Positions 40,901-50,616 of a stretch of 64,000 bases of DNA are shown here, in pieces (within the stretch, counting starts at the first letter, position 1; every line of letters starts with the position of its first letter). The position numbers and the translations under genes are program-made. The stretch covers positions 1 through 64,000 of the forward strand of contig JALHMH010000015.1 of the NCBI GenBank assembly GCA_022844165.1, written 5' to 3'. The DNA comes from Lysobacterales bacterium (lineage in GTDB: Bacteria; Pseudomonadota; Gammaproteobacteria; Xanthomonadales; SZUA-5). Below the pieces are notes generated by a model, which saw nothing but the letters and a program-made list of their open reading frames with translations, was not told where the DNA came from and made no database searches.

Positions 40901-41216
40901 CATCGAATTGCACCAGAAACAACCCTTGTGCGGCGGATTTGTCAGCGAGGCGCGGTGCGGTCATGGGCACTTGAACAGAACCAACTCGCACATCGTCGCC
41001 AGCGATCTCGACAATGATCCCGCGACTACGAAGTTTGGCGATCGCGGCTGGTTCCAGCCGCGCCCAGGAAAAGCCTCCGTGGTCTTCGACTCGTTCGACG
41101 TACTCGCCCAGCGTGGCGATCGTTTCGGGTGAGGCATGGACACGCACGGCGATCGGGTCGGCAAGAGCGGCTTGCGCAAGAATGGCGCCGAGCGAAATGA
41201 CGGTGAGACGATTCAT
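37929..41216 (-). CDS. S8 subtilisin-like serine protease with P-domain and LFANGFE C-terminus
   Basis: VVDSG, HGSHVSG, FSAGN, GTSMSTP; fibronectin-like and proprotein-convertase P domains. Confidence 0.92.
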   Translation of the reverse strand: MNRLTVISLGAILAQAALADPIAVRVHASPETIATLGEYVERVEDHGGFSWARLEPAAIAKLRSRGIIVEIAGDDVRVGSVQVPMTAPRLADKSAAQGLFLVQFDGPARAAWTQALESAEVLPLQYYPHNAYLVWADGASIAALDGQPMIRGAAAFGGDLRIDPNLRSSNGPIEDASFLLFNSGSPTTLQGTLAARGVSLKQFYPAQPDARFYRASGRIDAGALAAVSQLPELVWVGRESEAQPDDEMANQVFARNFSPSGIGNAPGYLDFLKTIGVPWDLGLSGAGITWAVVDSGTDWEHPDLGVARVGGHDGPGCPTAPLPGDDSGGHGSHVSGSLAGRGTGDFSGPAAETDANGYRYGQGVAPAAGLFAVRSVGCGGMPNPERTRIPLAAGSRGSNNSWNNSGSSPQVRYLASEREYDTLVRDGDFNTTGNQAFSILFSAGNAGPGVSTLTGPHVAKNIISVANSLVGRTNPASSSNISSSSSRGPAEDGRTLPTITGVGGNTGSTRRAEGGQCGTAIAGTNGLFSLCSGTSMSTPMVSGAAALVHEWWAKKFAGAVPSPAMTKAVLINGAYDLAGTGTPNANDGSRPIPNNDEGWGQVDLKYTFDPSLRGVYRDQDDVLTATGQTRSFTVGLVDPGRPMKISLVWTDAPGAVQANPALVNDLDLTVVNGGQTYFGNVFNNGTSVTGGSFDRLNNIENVYLAAPAGGATTITLTAAAINADALAGNGTPGTPAQDYALVCTNCREAGVAITSPATTINVCGATPTQTNLSFGSFAGFAGNAALSLDGAPSGLGVAFAPASINTGSSTLTLTPQAGLVPGAYPTTVRADVSGGTDDELALPLWVSSSTSAAPLLGSPGDSQTGVKRAPQLSWQAATGALRYRVDVSDSSAFAAGPNTQSFETIATQFRLPQLAPAVTRFWRVTAINACGESAASTMRSFTTAAAICSQSALPIPDGNASGATQTLTVPGSLIGDLDVSINTAHTSAGQLAFRLTHVASGVEARLYTKQNNCTGDDVNGTFNDDDSAIVACRTTAPAINGELRPQDDLARFNGLPAGDFRLTVIDDATGDSGTVNQWCVIAAGADDGLFANGFE

Positions 41217-41368
41217 TGGAGTTTCCCTGGGAACGGTCGAAACAAGAGAGTGCTCGCGGCGTCGAAGTTGCGCCAGGAACTTCTTTGGCTGGGCGCGAGC
41301 GACCGGTAGAGTGCCAGGGGCAGCCATCGGACGGCAAGTGCCGTTGCAGCAAGCTCGCTTACGCAGCG

Positions 41369-42160
41369 CTAACTTGTGCCCCGCTGCAAAATCAGTTCCA
41401 GAACGAACTTGCTACCGAAGAACGCCAGCAGCAGGACGGCCATGCCGGAGAGCGTGAATCGCACCGCCGTGCGTCCGCGCCAGCCGAAACGCCAGTGGCC
41501 GAGGATCAGGGCGCCAAACACGAGCCAGGCGATGATCGTGAGCACGGTTTTGTGCACCAGCTGCTGTGCCATCCAGTCGTCAATGAACAGCGCGCCGCTC
41601 AAAATCGTCAACGTCAGCAGCGCAAAGCCCGCGACAATCATCTGAAACAGCAAATTCTCCATCGCGATCAGCGGCGGCAGCGCGCGCAGCGCAGGGCCGA
41701 AGCGCTTCTTGCGCAGACTATGTTCTTGCCACGCAACGATGATGGCCTGCAGTGCCGCAATACTCAGCAACGCGTAAGCCGACAGCGCGATGGCCACGTG
41801 CAGTCGGATTTGCCAGCCGTTTTCGTGATCGTGCGGCGCGCCTGGCAGCCAGGCACCGGCCGGTGCAGCCAGCAAAGCGATCGGCCAGACTGCGACCAAT
41901 AGCGGCCGCGTGCGTTCCCGCAACCCGGCAACCGTCATTGTTGCGGCCATCACAAAAGCGACCAGCGACAGCATTCGAAAGAAGCCAGTGCCGTCGGGTG
42001 CACCGATGGGGCCGAATAACAACAGCCCATGGAGCACGCCGGCAGCGGTTCCGAAATAAAGTGCAGCCAGCGACGATTCGCCGCGCAGACCGCTGCGGAT
42101 CAGCAGTGCGGTGCCGAAGGCGTAACCGGCAATCAGGGCGAGAGTCAAGGCCAGGAGCAT
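41369..42160 (-). CDS. cytochrome c assembly family inner membrane protein (YpjD/CcsA-like)
   Basis: LPPLIAMENLLF, HKTVL, FGWRG, AFFGSKFVLE. Confidence 0.88.
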   Translation of the reverse strand: MLLALTLALIAGYAFGTALLIRSGLRGESSLAALYFGTAAGVLHGLLLFGPIGAPDGTGFFRMLSLVAFVMAATMTVAGLRERTRPLLVAVWPIALLAAPAGAWLPGAPHDHENGWQIRLHVAIALSAYALLSIAALQAIIVAWQEHSLRKKRFGPALRALPPLIAMENLLFQMIVAGFALLTLTILSGALFIDDWMAQQLVHKTVLTIIAWLVFGALILGHWRFGWRGRTAVRFTLSGMAVLLLAFFGSKFVLELILQRGTS

Positions 42161-42331
42161 GCCGGGATAATAGGCGGCGAAGGCAACCCAGCGCGATGCC
42201 AATTTGCGGTGATCCATGGCATCGCCCTGGAGCAGAAGTACGGCTGCCGGCGCCGACTGCGATCATGCAAACCGCTCAATCTGTGCGCGATTGGCGGCGC
42301 AACAGCACGTTCGACGGCTATTCTTCGCGCT

Positions 42332-43210
42332 ATGTACACCCAATGCCCAAGCTGTATTACTGTCTACAAACTTCAGGCCGAGTCGCTGGCGCGGGCGCGA
42401 GGGCGATTCCGTTGCGGGCACTGCGGCGAGGTGTTCGACGGGCTCGAGCGTCTGGTCGAACGCTTGCCGGAGGAGGGTTTTATCGATCTGCCGGAAGAGT
42501 TGGCCAGCGCCACGCCTGTCGTGCTTGCAGTGCCGGCGATGCGCCCAACGCGACAGCCCGCCCTGGATTTGCGCGCCTCCGAGCCGGAGACGCGCCATGC
42601 GCCAAAGTGGAGTAGCGACTGGACAGAAGCGGTGCGCGAGGCAAGGCCGCCGTCCAGACCGACTCCGCAGGCGCATCGCCCGGAGCGTCACGAAGCGGCG
42701 CCGAGTCGTCGCGGTTGGTGGCTTGGAAGCGCCGCGTTGACTTTGGCATTGGGTGGGCAGATTGCTTTTGCCGAACGCGAGTTTTTGCTACAGGATCCGC
42801 GAACGCGGCCGATGCTCGATCGCGTTTGTGCGGCAGTGGGTTGTTTGTTGCCGATGCGCGAGTCGCTCGCCGATGTTCGACTGGTGTCGCGCGAAGTGCG
42901 GCCACACCCGGACGCGCCGAAAGCGCTGTTGATCAGCGCCAGCATGGTCAACGACGCAGCTTTCACGCAGGCATTCCCGATCGTCGAAGTCACTTTGTCC
43001 GATCTGTCCAATCGGCCCATCGCACAGCGTCGTTTTATGCCGATGGAGTACCTGGCTGAAGATGCCAGCATGAATCGCGGGTTCCCGCCTGGTTCGACGA
43101 CACCCCTGGTGTTTGAGGTGGCCGATCCGGGGCAGTCGGCAGTCGCTTTCGAGTTTCGTTTCCTCTCCGAGCGCCCGGTCCCGGCGCGGGTGCTTTTGTC
43201 GTGGCCATGA
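42332..43210 (+). CDS. zinc-ribbon (MJ0042-type) and DUF3426 domain protein
   Basis: MYTQCPSC...FRCGHC; TM segment; C-terminal RRFMPMEYL. Confidence 0.85.
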   Translation: MYTQCPSCITVYKLQAESLARARGRFRCGHCGEVFDGLERLVERLPEEGFIDLPEELASATPVVLAVPAMRPTRQPALDLRASEPETRHAPKWSSDWTEAVREARPPSRPTPQAHRPERHEAAPSRRGWWLGSAALTLALGGQIAFAEREFLLQDPRTRPMLDRVCAAVGCLLPMRESLADVRLVSREVRPHPDAPKALLISASMVNDAAFTQAFPIVEVTLSDLSNRPIAQRRFMPMEYLAEDASMNRGFPPGSTTPLVFEVADPGQSAVAFEFRFLSERPVPARVLLSWP

Positions 43211-43300
43211 CAGTTGTCAGGTGCGCAAGCTGACGCAGCGCACTCTTCGCTAGAACAAGCGCCGGGCAAGCTGTCCGCAGGCGCCAGAGACGGTCGAAAA

Positions 43301-44395
43301 ATGGAAGCAGCTGCAATCACTTCGAGAGATATGAAACTCTGGCGCAAAGCCAATCTGGTCTATCTGGTCTTCGCGTTTCTGCCGCTGGCGCTGAGCCCGT
43401 CGCTTCGAGATTCGGCCCTGGCGTGGTCGGCGACGCTGATTGCGATTGTGTTGTTTCTGCCGCTTTACTGGGTGAGCTACACCCAGCCTGCGCCGCGGCA
43501 GTTGCTCGTGTGTGGCGGCATTGCGCTGATCGGTCTTGCGCTGACGCCATTCAACTACGGTGGCAATACCATTTTGATTTACGCCATGGCCGCAGCGGGT
43601 TACGGTCAGCCTGCGAAGCGTGCCGTCGCGATCGGTATCGCGATCGTGCTCGCCTACGCAGCGGTGTTGCAGTTCTCCGGTCAGCAGCTGTTTCCGACAC
43701 TGATGCTGGTACTGATCGGCGGTTCGGTCCTGATGGGTGCCATCCTGGGCACTGCGCAAGAGCGCCGCAATGCCGAACTGAAGCTGACCCAAGAGGAGGT
43801 CAAACGTCTGGCGAGCATGGCCGAGCGAGAACGCATCGGTCGCGATTTGCACGATCTGTTGGGACACACGCTGAGTTTGATCGCAATCAAGAGCGAGCTG
43901 GCAGGAAAACTGATGTCCCGCGACCATGCCAGTGCAGCCGCGCAAATTGCCGACATTGAGACGATCGCACGCAAAGCACTGGGCGAAGTGCGCGAAGCGG
44001 TGAGCGGCATTCGCGCCACCGGTTTTGCCGCCGAGCTGGCGGCGGCACGACTGAGTCTGCTGAGCGCTGGTGTGTCACTGGATACGAAAATCGACCAGAT
44101 GCCGGCGCTGGCCAGCGAAATCGAATCGGCGCTCGCGATGAGTCTGCGCGAGGCGGTGACCAACGTGGTGCGGCACGCGGCCGCAGGTCGTGTCGAAGTT
44201 GAAATCGAATCCTCACCGCGTGCGTTGTTGTTGTCGATTAGCGATGATGGTCGTGGGGCAGCCATTGCACCGGGTAACGGATTGACAGGCATGCGCGAAC
44301 GGCTGGAGAAACTCGGTGGGCAATTAAGCGTCGATAGCGTCATCGGCGCTGGCACCCGATTGCGCATCTGGCTGCCGACAGCGGCCACAGCATGA
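43301..44395 (+). CDS. DesK-like sensor histidine kinase
   Basis: ERERIGRDLHDLLGH, REAVTNVVRH, DDGRG, GNGLTGM. Confidence 0.93.
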   Translation: MEAAAITSRDMKLWRKANLVYLVFAFLPLALSPSLRDSALAWSATLIAIVLFLPLYWVSYTQPAPRQLLVCGGIALIGLALTPFNYGGNTILIYAMAAAGYGQPAKRAVAIGIAIVLAYAAVLQFSGQQLFPTLMLVLIGGSVLMGAILGTAQERRNAELKLTQEEVKRLASMAERERIGRDLHDLLGHTLSLIAIKSELAGKLMSRDHASAAAQIADIETIARKALGEVREAVSGIRATGFAAELAAARLSLLSAGVSLDTKIDQMPALASEIESALAMSLREAVTNVVRHAAAGRVEVEIESSPRALLLSISDDGRGAAIAPGNGLTGMRERLEKLGGQLSVDSVIGAGTRLRIWLPTAATA

Positions 44396-44997
44396 TGCGC
44401 ATTGTGCTCGCCGAGGATCAGGCGATGGTGCGCGGCGCGCTGGCGGCGTTGTTGACGTTGGAAGACGACATCGAGGTTGTCGCGCAGGCCGCCGATGGCC
44501 TTGAGGCTGAGCGTTTGGTGATGGAGCTCAAACCCGATCTGCTGGTGACCGATATCGAAATGCCTGGTCAATCCGGGCTTGATCTGGCGCGGCGACTGCG
44601 CGAATCCGGCAATACGACCCGTGTGGTGATCGTTACGACATTTGCGCGTGCGGGTTATCTGCGCCGTGCGCTCGACGCGGGCGTGCGCGGATATTTGCTG
44701 AAAGACGCGCCATCGAGCCGGCTGGCCGAGGCTTTGCGCGATGTCCATAAGGGCGGACGCGCGATCGCGCCGGAACTGGCGCAGGACGCGTGGCGCGAGG
44801 ACGCCGATCCGCTGACCGATCGTGAGCGCGACGTCCTGCGATTGGCGGGCGAGGGCTTGAGTTCGTCGGAAATCGGCGAGCGTTTGCATCTGTCCGCGGG
44901 AACCGTGCGCAATTATTTGAGCGAAGCGATCAGCAAGTTGAACGCGAGCAATCGCATCGAAGCGCATCGCCTCGCGCGGCAGCGTGGATGGCTTTAG
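44392..44997 (+). CDS. DesR/NarL-family response regulator
   Basis: AEDQ, DIEMP, LLKD, LuxR HTH GTVRNY. Confidence 0.95.
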   Translation: MMRIVLAEDQAMVRGALAALLTLEDDIEVVAQAADGLEAERLVMELKPDLLVTDIEMPGQSGLDLARRLRESGNTTRVVIVTTFARAGYLRRALDAGVRGYLLKDAPSSRLAEALRDVHKGGRAIAPELAQDAWREDADPLTDRERDVLRLAGEGLSSSEIGERLHLSAGTVRNYLSEAISKLNASNRIEAHRLARQRGWL

Positions 44998-45002
44998 AGC
45001 TC

Positions 45003-45404
45003 ATGTCGGGTATTCGCGATTTGCCAACGCTGTTGCGCTCGATGTCGCCGAAACACAACGCCGGCGCCTATGTATTCGCGTCTGTCGCGGCCCTTCCGCC
45101 TCAGGCCATTGCATCCATGCGCGAAGCGGAGGGCCTCTCGGTGGTGCTGCCCGAGGCGGTAGCGAATGCACTTGGCATCGAATCGGGAATGCGCTGCGCC
45201 TGGATTACCTTGACCGTAAATTCGGCGCTTGAAGCTGTGGGCCTGACGGCAGCCGTGGCGTCAGCGCTCGCTGCTGCCGGCATTGCGTGCAACGTCATTG
45301 CAGCCATTCACCACGATCACCTTTTTGTGCCGTTCGAAGAGGCCGATCGAGCCCTGCGAATACTGCAAGATCTGAGCACCGCGTCGAATAGCCCTGACGC
45401 CTGA
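45003..45404 (+). CDS. ACT domain-containing protein
   Basis: REAEGLS, SALEAVGLTAAVA, CNVIAAIHHDHLFV. Confidence 0.85.
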   Translation: MSGIRDLPTLLRSMSPKHNAGAYVFASVAALPPQAIASMREAEGLSVVLPEAVANALGIESGMRCAWITLTVNSALEAVGLTAAVASALAAAGIACNVIAAIHHDHLFVPFEEADRALRILQDLSTASNSPDA

Positions 45405-45527
45405 GCATGGCCCGGTCATGCAGATCGCTGCGAGCCGACGACATGCGAAGATTCGGCGAATTTCTGTCACGCGATAGACAAACCTCTGCAAGACTCCCAA
45501 CGTCTCGAAGTATCCAGGAGGACGATC

Positions 45528-47468
45528 ATGACTTTGCGTCTATGGCGACGGCTGATGGCAGGTTGCGTTCTACTTCTTTCGCCAACGACGTTGATCGCGG
45601 CGGACCTGACAGCGATGACGCCAGGAGGTACTGAGTTCTTGCATCCGGCCGGCTGGCGACTCGAGCCATCGGAAGACATCGCGATACTGACCGCGCCTGA
45701 GGACAACGCGCGAATGGCAATCGCGCAGGTTGAAGCAGAGTCGGCCGATGCAGCGGTCGCCGTGGCGTGGGCGTTGTTGGGTGTGTCGCATACGCTGGAC
45801 GAAGCGACCGATCGTGACGCGCGATTCGGTTGGACAGTGATGCGTGCCTACCGGTATCGGTCGAAGGGCGAGTCGGATCGGTTTGTCCAGGCACTCGCCA
45901 TGCGCCAAGATGCGCATTGGTCGGTGCTGCTGCTGGATATCGCAGCGGCAACGATGAGTCGACGCGAGAAGCAGGTGACGCGATTCATCCAGAGCGTTCG
46001 CGCACCTGGCTACCAGCCGCCGACGTTACGCGACCGCAAGCACAGAGTTCTGTCGAAAGCCGATGTCGCGTCATTGGTCAGTTTCCTCGACGCTGCGCGC
46101 GAGACCTTCGGCATTCCCGGCATTGGTCTTGGGATCGTGCAAAACGACAAAGTGCTGTTCGCGGGCGGTTTGGGCGTCAGGCGCATCGGCCGGCCCGAAA
46201 AAGTCGATGCGCGTACGCTGTTCCTGACCGCGTCGATGACCAAACCACTGACTTCGCTGCTGCTCGCCAAACTGGTCGACGGCGGCAAACTGAACTGGGC
46301 GACACCTGCCCAACAGGTGTTGCCTGCTTTCCGTGTCGGCGATGCGCAGTTGTCCGAAAAAATCGAAATTCGCCATCTACTGTGTTCTTGCACCGGCATT
46401 CCGTCTAAAGATATGGACTGGATCTTTGCTGGCGACACGATGGACGCCAATGACGTGCTGCGCATCTTGGGCGAGATCAAACCGGTCGCAGGTCATGGCG
46501 AGTTGTACCAGTATTCGAATCTGATGGCCGCCGCAGGGGGCATCGTCGGTGGCCACGCCGCCGATCCGAAGCAGCCGCTGGACGACGCTTACGATGTGGC
46601 GATGCAGCGTCTGGTCTTCGATCCGCTCGGCATGCGTGCCACCACTTTCGACGCAAAGAAAGCGCAGCGTGGCAATCATGCTCGGCCGCATGGCACGACG
46701 ATCGACGGTGAAACCACCGAAGCAGCGATGGGTTTCAATGAAGCTGGTCACGCGATGCGCGCCGATGGCGGCGCGTGGAGCAACGTTGAGGACTTGCTCA
46801 AGTATTTGCGCATGGAGCTGGCGAGTGGTCGGCTGCCGGGGGGCAAACGCTATATCGCCAAAGTCCAACTGGATGAACGGTTGAAGCCGCAAGTTGCGAG
46901 AGGCGGTCCCGAGCAGTGGTACACAATGGGTCTAAAGACGGATCGTCAGTTGGGCATTCTGCAAGTGCTTCACGGCGGCAGCATGGCCGGCTACCAGGGC
47001 GAAGTCTTTTGGCTGCCCGAATACAATGCTGGATTCGTGCTGTTGATCAATGCCGATGCTGGGGGCCTGCTGCGTTCGCCGTTCGCGCGGCGCTTTGTTG
47101 AGATGCTCTTCGATACGGATCTTGGTGCGCGCAAGGAAATGGCGGACTTGCCGCAGATCATCGAGCGAGAGCGCGCGGAGTATCGCAAGGAGATGATTGT
47201 CCCGCTCGCGGCTATGGTCAGCGCCAATCTCGCGGAGCGTTATCGCCATCCAGAGCTGGGCGACATCGTAGTGGTAAGGCGCGGCGTCGCAACGGAGCTG
47301 AATTTTGGCGGATGGTCGTCCGCTGTGGCGTCAGTCACCGATGGCGAGCGTGTTTTTGTCGAGACGATTTCGCCGGGCGTATCGGGCTACCGTTTCGAAG
47401 TTCGCCGTCGCCAGCTGGTTCTGGACGACGGCGAACGCGAATACATCTTTGCTGCCGAGGAAAAGTAG
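45528..47468 (+). CDS. secreted serine hydrolase (beta-lactamase-related)
   Basis: ASMTK, YSN, HGG. Confidence 0.85.
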   Translation: MTLRLWRRLMAGCVLLLSPTTLIAADLTAMTPGGTEFLHPAGWRLEPSEDIAILTAPEDNARMAIAQVEAESADAAVAVAWALLGVSHTLDEATDRDARFGWTVMRAYRYRSKGESDRFVQALAMRQDAHWSVLLLDIAAATMSRREKQVTRFIQSVRAPGYQPPTLRDRKHRVLSKADVASLVSFLDAARETFGIPGIGLGIVQNDKVLFAGGLGVRRIGRPEKVDARTLFLTASMTKPLTSLLLAKLVDGGKLNWATPAQQVLPAFRVGDAQLSEKIEIRHLLCSCTGIPSKDMDWIFAGDTMDANDVLRILGEIKPVAGHGELYQYSNLMAAAGGIVGGHAADPKQPLDDAYDVAMQRLVFDPLGMRATTFDAKKAQRGNHARPHGTTIDGETTEAAMGFNEAGHAMRADGGAWSNVEDLLKYLRMELASGRLPGGKRYIAKVQLDERLKPQVARGGPEQWYTMGLKTDRQLGILQVLHGGSMAGYQGEVFWLPEYNAGFVLLINADAGGLLRSPFARRFVEMLFDTDLGARKEMADLPQIIERERAEYRKEMIVPLAAMVSANLAERYRHPELGDIVVVRRGVATELNFGGWSSAVASVTDGERVFVETISPGVSGYRFEVRRRQLVLDDGEREYIFAAEEK

Positions 47469-47512
47469 CAGTGGCTCGCCGCAAACTGCTCGAGCGGCGA
47501 GCGCAACCTCCA

Positions 47513-49294
47513 CTACGGCGCGCTGATCGTGCAACCCGTGCGCGGCACAAGGTTGACCACGCGACGCGGCTCGCTGACAAAGCTGCCGATGCGATAGCCG
47601 ATCAGAGCCTCAGAGCAACTCAGGAACCGCACCGTTAGCGTGCCCACATCGCGAGTGACCGTCGGCGACGGTTGCCCGAAGGCGCCGCCCGTGCTTTCGT
47701 ACACACTCAACACCGCTTCGCGATTGTCGAAGCCGCCCGGCTGAGCGCACACCGAGGAACCAACTTCGGAGCGGCAACTATCCAGTGTGTACCACAGGTG
47801 GCGACCCGTGCCATCAGCGGCATAGGTGTACCAGGCGCCGACCAGACGGTTTTGACCCGGAATGGCGTGGAAGCTCCAGCCCTGACCGTTAATCGCCGGA
47901 TTAAACCAAAGACCGTCTGCGCTGGTATTGACGTTTGCTTCCAGAGGCACATCGCCGACGGGAACGGCCACGATGCCGAGCGGCTGGTTGATGCCATCGC
48001 CCACGGCGTACGCCGTCGCAATCGCCCCAGCCGGCAGATTCAGGGGCGCCAGGTCGATCAGATTGGCGGCGCCGTCAGGCGTTGCCACTTTAACATCGAG
48101 CGTGCCCACGGGGAGCTCCAGATAGCCGCTGGCCGCGCCGAATGGAACGTTCGAGAGCCCGGCCACGACATCGCCGCCGTCCGTGCGAATCGATACGGCC
48201 GTGCCCTGCGGCGTGTTGGCGAACGGGGCGGTGTGCGCGATTCGCAGCGCATACGTTCCCGCCGGCGGTGTGGTGGTGCGGTCTTCAAAACGCTGCAGCG
48301 CGAGTGGCTGCAGTGACCCATTGCCGACAGCGGCAAGGGTGTAGCTACGGTTGCCGTCCAGCTCGACAGTTCCGCTGATGGCTGCCGACGTCGACCCCTG
48401 CGGGAATACCTGAATGGCATAAGCGCCCTGTGTCAACGTGAGCTCCGGCGAAAACTGCCGGAATCGAAAATTGTTCAATATCTCATTGCCGTTCACAGTG
48501 ACCCGAACGGCTGTGCCGGCGAGGGTTTGAGCAAAGGGTGCAAAGTGAGCAACGCGGACTTTGACCGGACCGATTGCGAATGTGGGTAGGGGATTGCTCG
48601 GCGCGGCGCCAGTGGTAATGGCGGTGATACCAGTCGAGTAGCCATTGGCGCCGCCGGTTGCCACCAGCGTGAAAATGCGGCCTGCCGGTAACGACACGGG
48701 CTTGGGATCGATCAAGGTGGTGTTGCCATCGGGTGTGGCGATTCTCAGATCGTAGCTGGCCGCGGGCAACGTCAGATAGCCGCTGGCGCCACGGAATGGG
48801 ACACGGGCGAGGCCGCCGACCACGCCACCTGCGTTATCGCGCACAGAAACTTCGGTCGCCGCCAGTGTGTTGGCAAAGGGCGCCGCATGCACCACGCGGA
48901 CTTTGACCTGGCCGGCTGGCGGTGCGGCGTTATCGTCGGTCAGTGGCAGCAGGGCCAATGGCTGGTTGCCACCGTCGCCCACGGCAAGCACGGTGTAGTC
49001 GGTATTGTTGGCAAGATCTACCGAAGCACTGATCGCGACCGTCGTCGTGCCAGAAGGTAGAACTTCAATGGTGTAACGGCCGGCTGGGCCCAGCGTGAGG
49101 TAGTCCGTGAATTGTCCGAACACGACATTCTGCAGCGCGACCGCGCCGTTGACGCGGATGCTGACGCTGGTGCCCTGCAACGTGGGGGCGAAGGGCGCGA
49201 AGTGGCCCACTGTTACGCGGGCGTTTGCGAGCACATCGGTGCTTACGGTGGCCAGCGCGATCAATGCGCCAGCTGTCCATCGTTGATAGTTCAT
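47513..49294 (-). CDS. secreted DUF4397-repeat protein with extra C-terminal domain
   Basis: Four VRVxHxAPFA modules; C-terminal GLWFNP...GQGW...WYTY domain. Confidence 0.8.
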   Translation of the reverse strand: MNYQRWTAGALIALATVSTDVLANARVTVGHFAPFAPTLQGTSVSIRVNGAVALQNVVFGQFTDYLTLGPAGRYTIEVLPSGTTTVAISASVDLANNTDYTVLAVGDGGNQPLALLPLTDDNAAPPAGQVKVRVVHAAPFANTLAATEVSVRDNAGGVVGGLARVPFRGASGYLTLPAASYDLRIATPDGNTTLIDPKPVSLPAGRIFTLVATGGANGYSTGITAITTGAAPSNPLPTFAIGPVKVRVAHFAPFAQTLAGTAVRVTVNGNEILNNFRFRQFSPELTLTQGAYAIQVFPQGSTSAAISGTVELDGNRSYTLAAVGNGSLQPLALQRFEDRTTTPPAGTYALRIAHTAPFANTPQGTAVSIRTDGGDVVAGLSNVPFGAASGYLELPVGTLDVKVATPDGAANLIDLAPLNLPAGAIATAYAVGDGINQPLGIVAVPVGDVPLEANVNTSADGLWFNPAINGQGWSFHAIPGQNRLVGAWYTYAADGTGRHLWYTLDSCRSEVGSSVCAQPGGFDNREAVLSVYESTGGAFGQPSPTVTRDVGTLTVRFLSCSEALIGYRIGSFVSEPRRVVNLVPRTGCTISAP

Positions 49295-49593
49295 GGTCGT
49301 CTCTTCTTGTCATGTGGGGGTCACGATCCTGCTGGTTAGCAGAACTGGTTCGGGCGAAAACCAGACTGGCTAATCCTCAGGCGCTCGTGCAGCGCAGGCC
49401 GGCGTTGGTTCCAACCTGTGACGAAGCATGAAGAGTCGGGCATCAAAGCCCGATGCAATTGAGATCAATTGCGTGTGGGGTTTTCGTGCCGCAGGTGTCG
49501 AAGACAGGTTTGCGTTCTGTGAATCTGTACAGCGCCATCAGTCGCGCGCGTTGCAGAATCGAACAGCGCGTTTCGAATACGCACGAGACGCGG

Positions 49594-50109
49594 CTATCGC
49601 AGCTCCCGTGCTCGCTCGTACTCGGGTTCGGTGGCATCGGCGCTGGTGTCGATCCAAAACTGGCAGTGCCGAATCTGCACGGCAAAACGTCCATGGTAGG
49701 TTTGATCCGGGGCACCTGGAGTGATCACGCGCAGACGGTAGAAGCCCGCGTCGCTGCGCATATTTCCTGTGGCGATCGATACGGTGCGCTTGAAATCGAG
49801 ATCGGCACGCGCGCCTGAGCTGGCATCGCCCATTCCCAGCGTTGCAAACAACTCAGCGAAATGTGCGCCGATGGCCTTGCGGCCTTCGCGCAGTATCGGG
49901 TCGGCGCCGGAGTAAAGCTCCTGATAAATCGCATCCGCCGTATACGCACGAGCGGCCGCTTGTGCATCAGCAGTGCGGTAGGCATCGCGCAGGACCAGGT
50001 ACGGATCGCTGCTGCAGGCTTCGTTGAGTGAAACGGGCGATGCGTCGGTCGAGGTTGTAAAAGCGGTCGCAAGAACAATAATGCAGACTGCCGTTGCCCT
50101 GAGGTTCAT
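49594..50109 (-). CDS. secreted NTF2/SnoaL-like protein
   Basis: AYRTADA...YTADA, GRKAI...F. Confidence 0.6.
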   Translation of the reverse strand: MNLRATAVCIIVLATAFTTSTDASPVSLNEACSSDPYLVLRDAYRTADAQAAARAYTADAIYQELYSGADPILREGRKAIGAHFAELFATLGMGDASSGARADLDFKRTVSIATGNMRSDAGFYRLRVITPGAPDQTYHGRFAVQIRHCQFWIDTSADATEPEYERARELR

Positions 50110-50178
50110 GGCGTGGGGTGTCGGTTCGGAGGGGCCATATGATCTGCATGATGTGTGCCAGCCCAAGCTTGAGCGGTT

Positions 50179-50616
50179 TCAATGTGGCTGCGCCAACAAA
50201 CGCCAACCCCAGGCGGTGCCAAGGATGGCCAGGAGCACGAACGCCGTCGCGAGAGCGAACCCGATTCGACTCATTCGGGCAGCCTCTGAGCCGCGCACAA
50301 CGGGCATATCGTGCATCAGGCGAGCGCCGCTGTGCGGATAGCGTTGCTCCCGGTGCACGCGCCAGGACGAGTAGCCAATCGATACGCCCGCAGCGGCGCC
50401 GACCAGGCCCAACAGGCACAAAGCCAGGCGCACCAGGGAGTAGAAGCGCTCCATGGCGGTGTCCAGTTTGCCCGATTCAATCCCGAAACGAATCGCAGCC
50501 AGCTCCCACTGCAGATACAGCAGCGCTACGACAGCCAAAGCACAAGTACCGGCGGCAATCCAAAGCAGGCGTCCCTTTTGGCGAGGATCTGCGCGATGGA
50601 TTTCGCCGGCGTCCAT
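50179..50616 (-). CDS. hypothetical membrane protein
   Basis: Three TM segments; TGATG coupling to the nitrilase gene. Confidence 0.65.
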   Translation of the reverse strand: MDAGEIHRADPRQKGRLLWIAAGTCALAVVALLYLQWELAAIRFGIESGKLDTAMERFYSLVRLALCLLGLVGAAAGVSIGYSSWRVHREQRYPHSGARLMHDMPVVRGSEAARMSRIGFALATAFVLLAILGTAWGWRLLAQPH

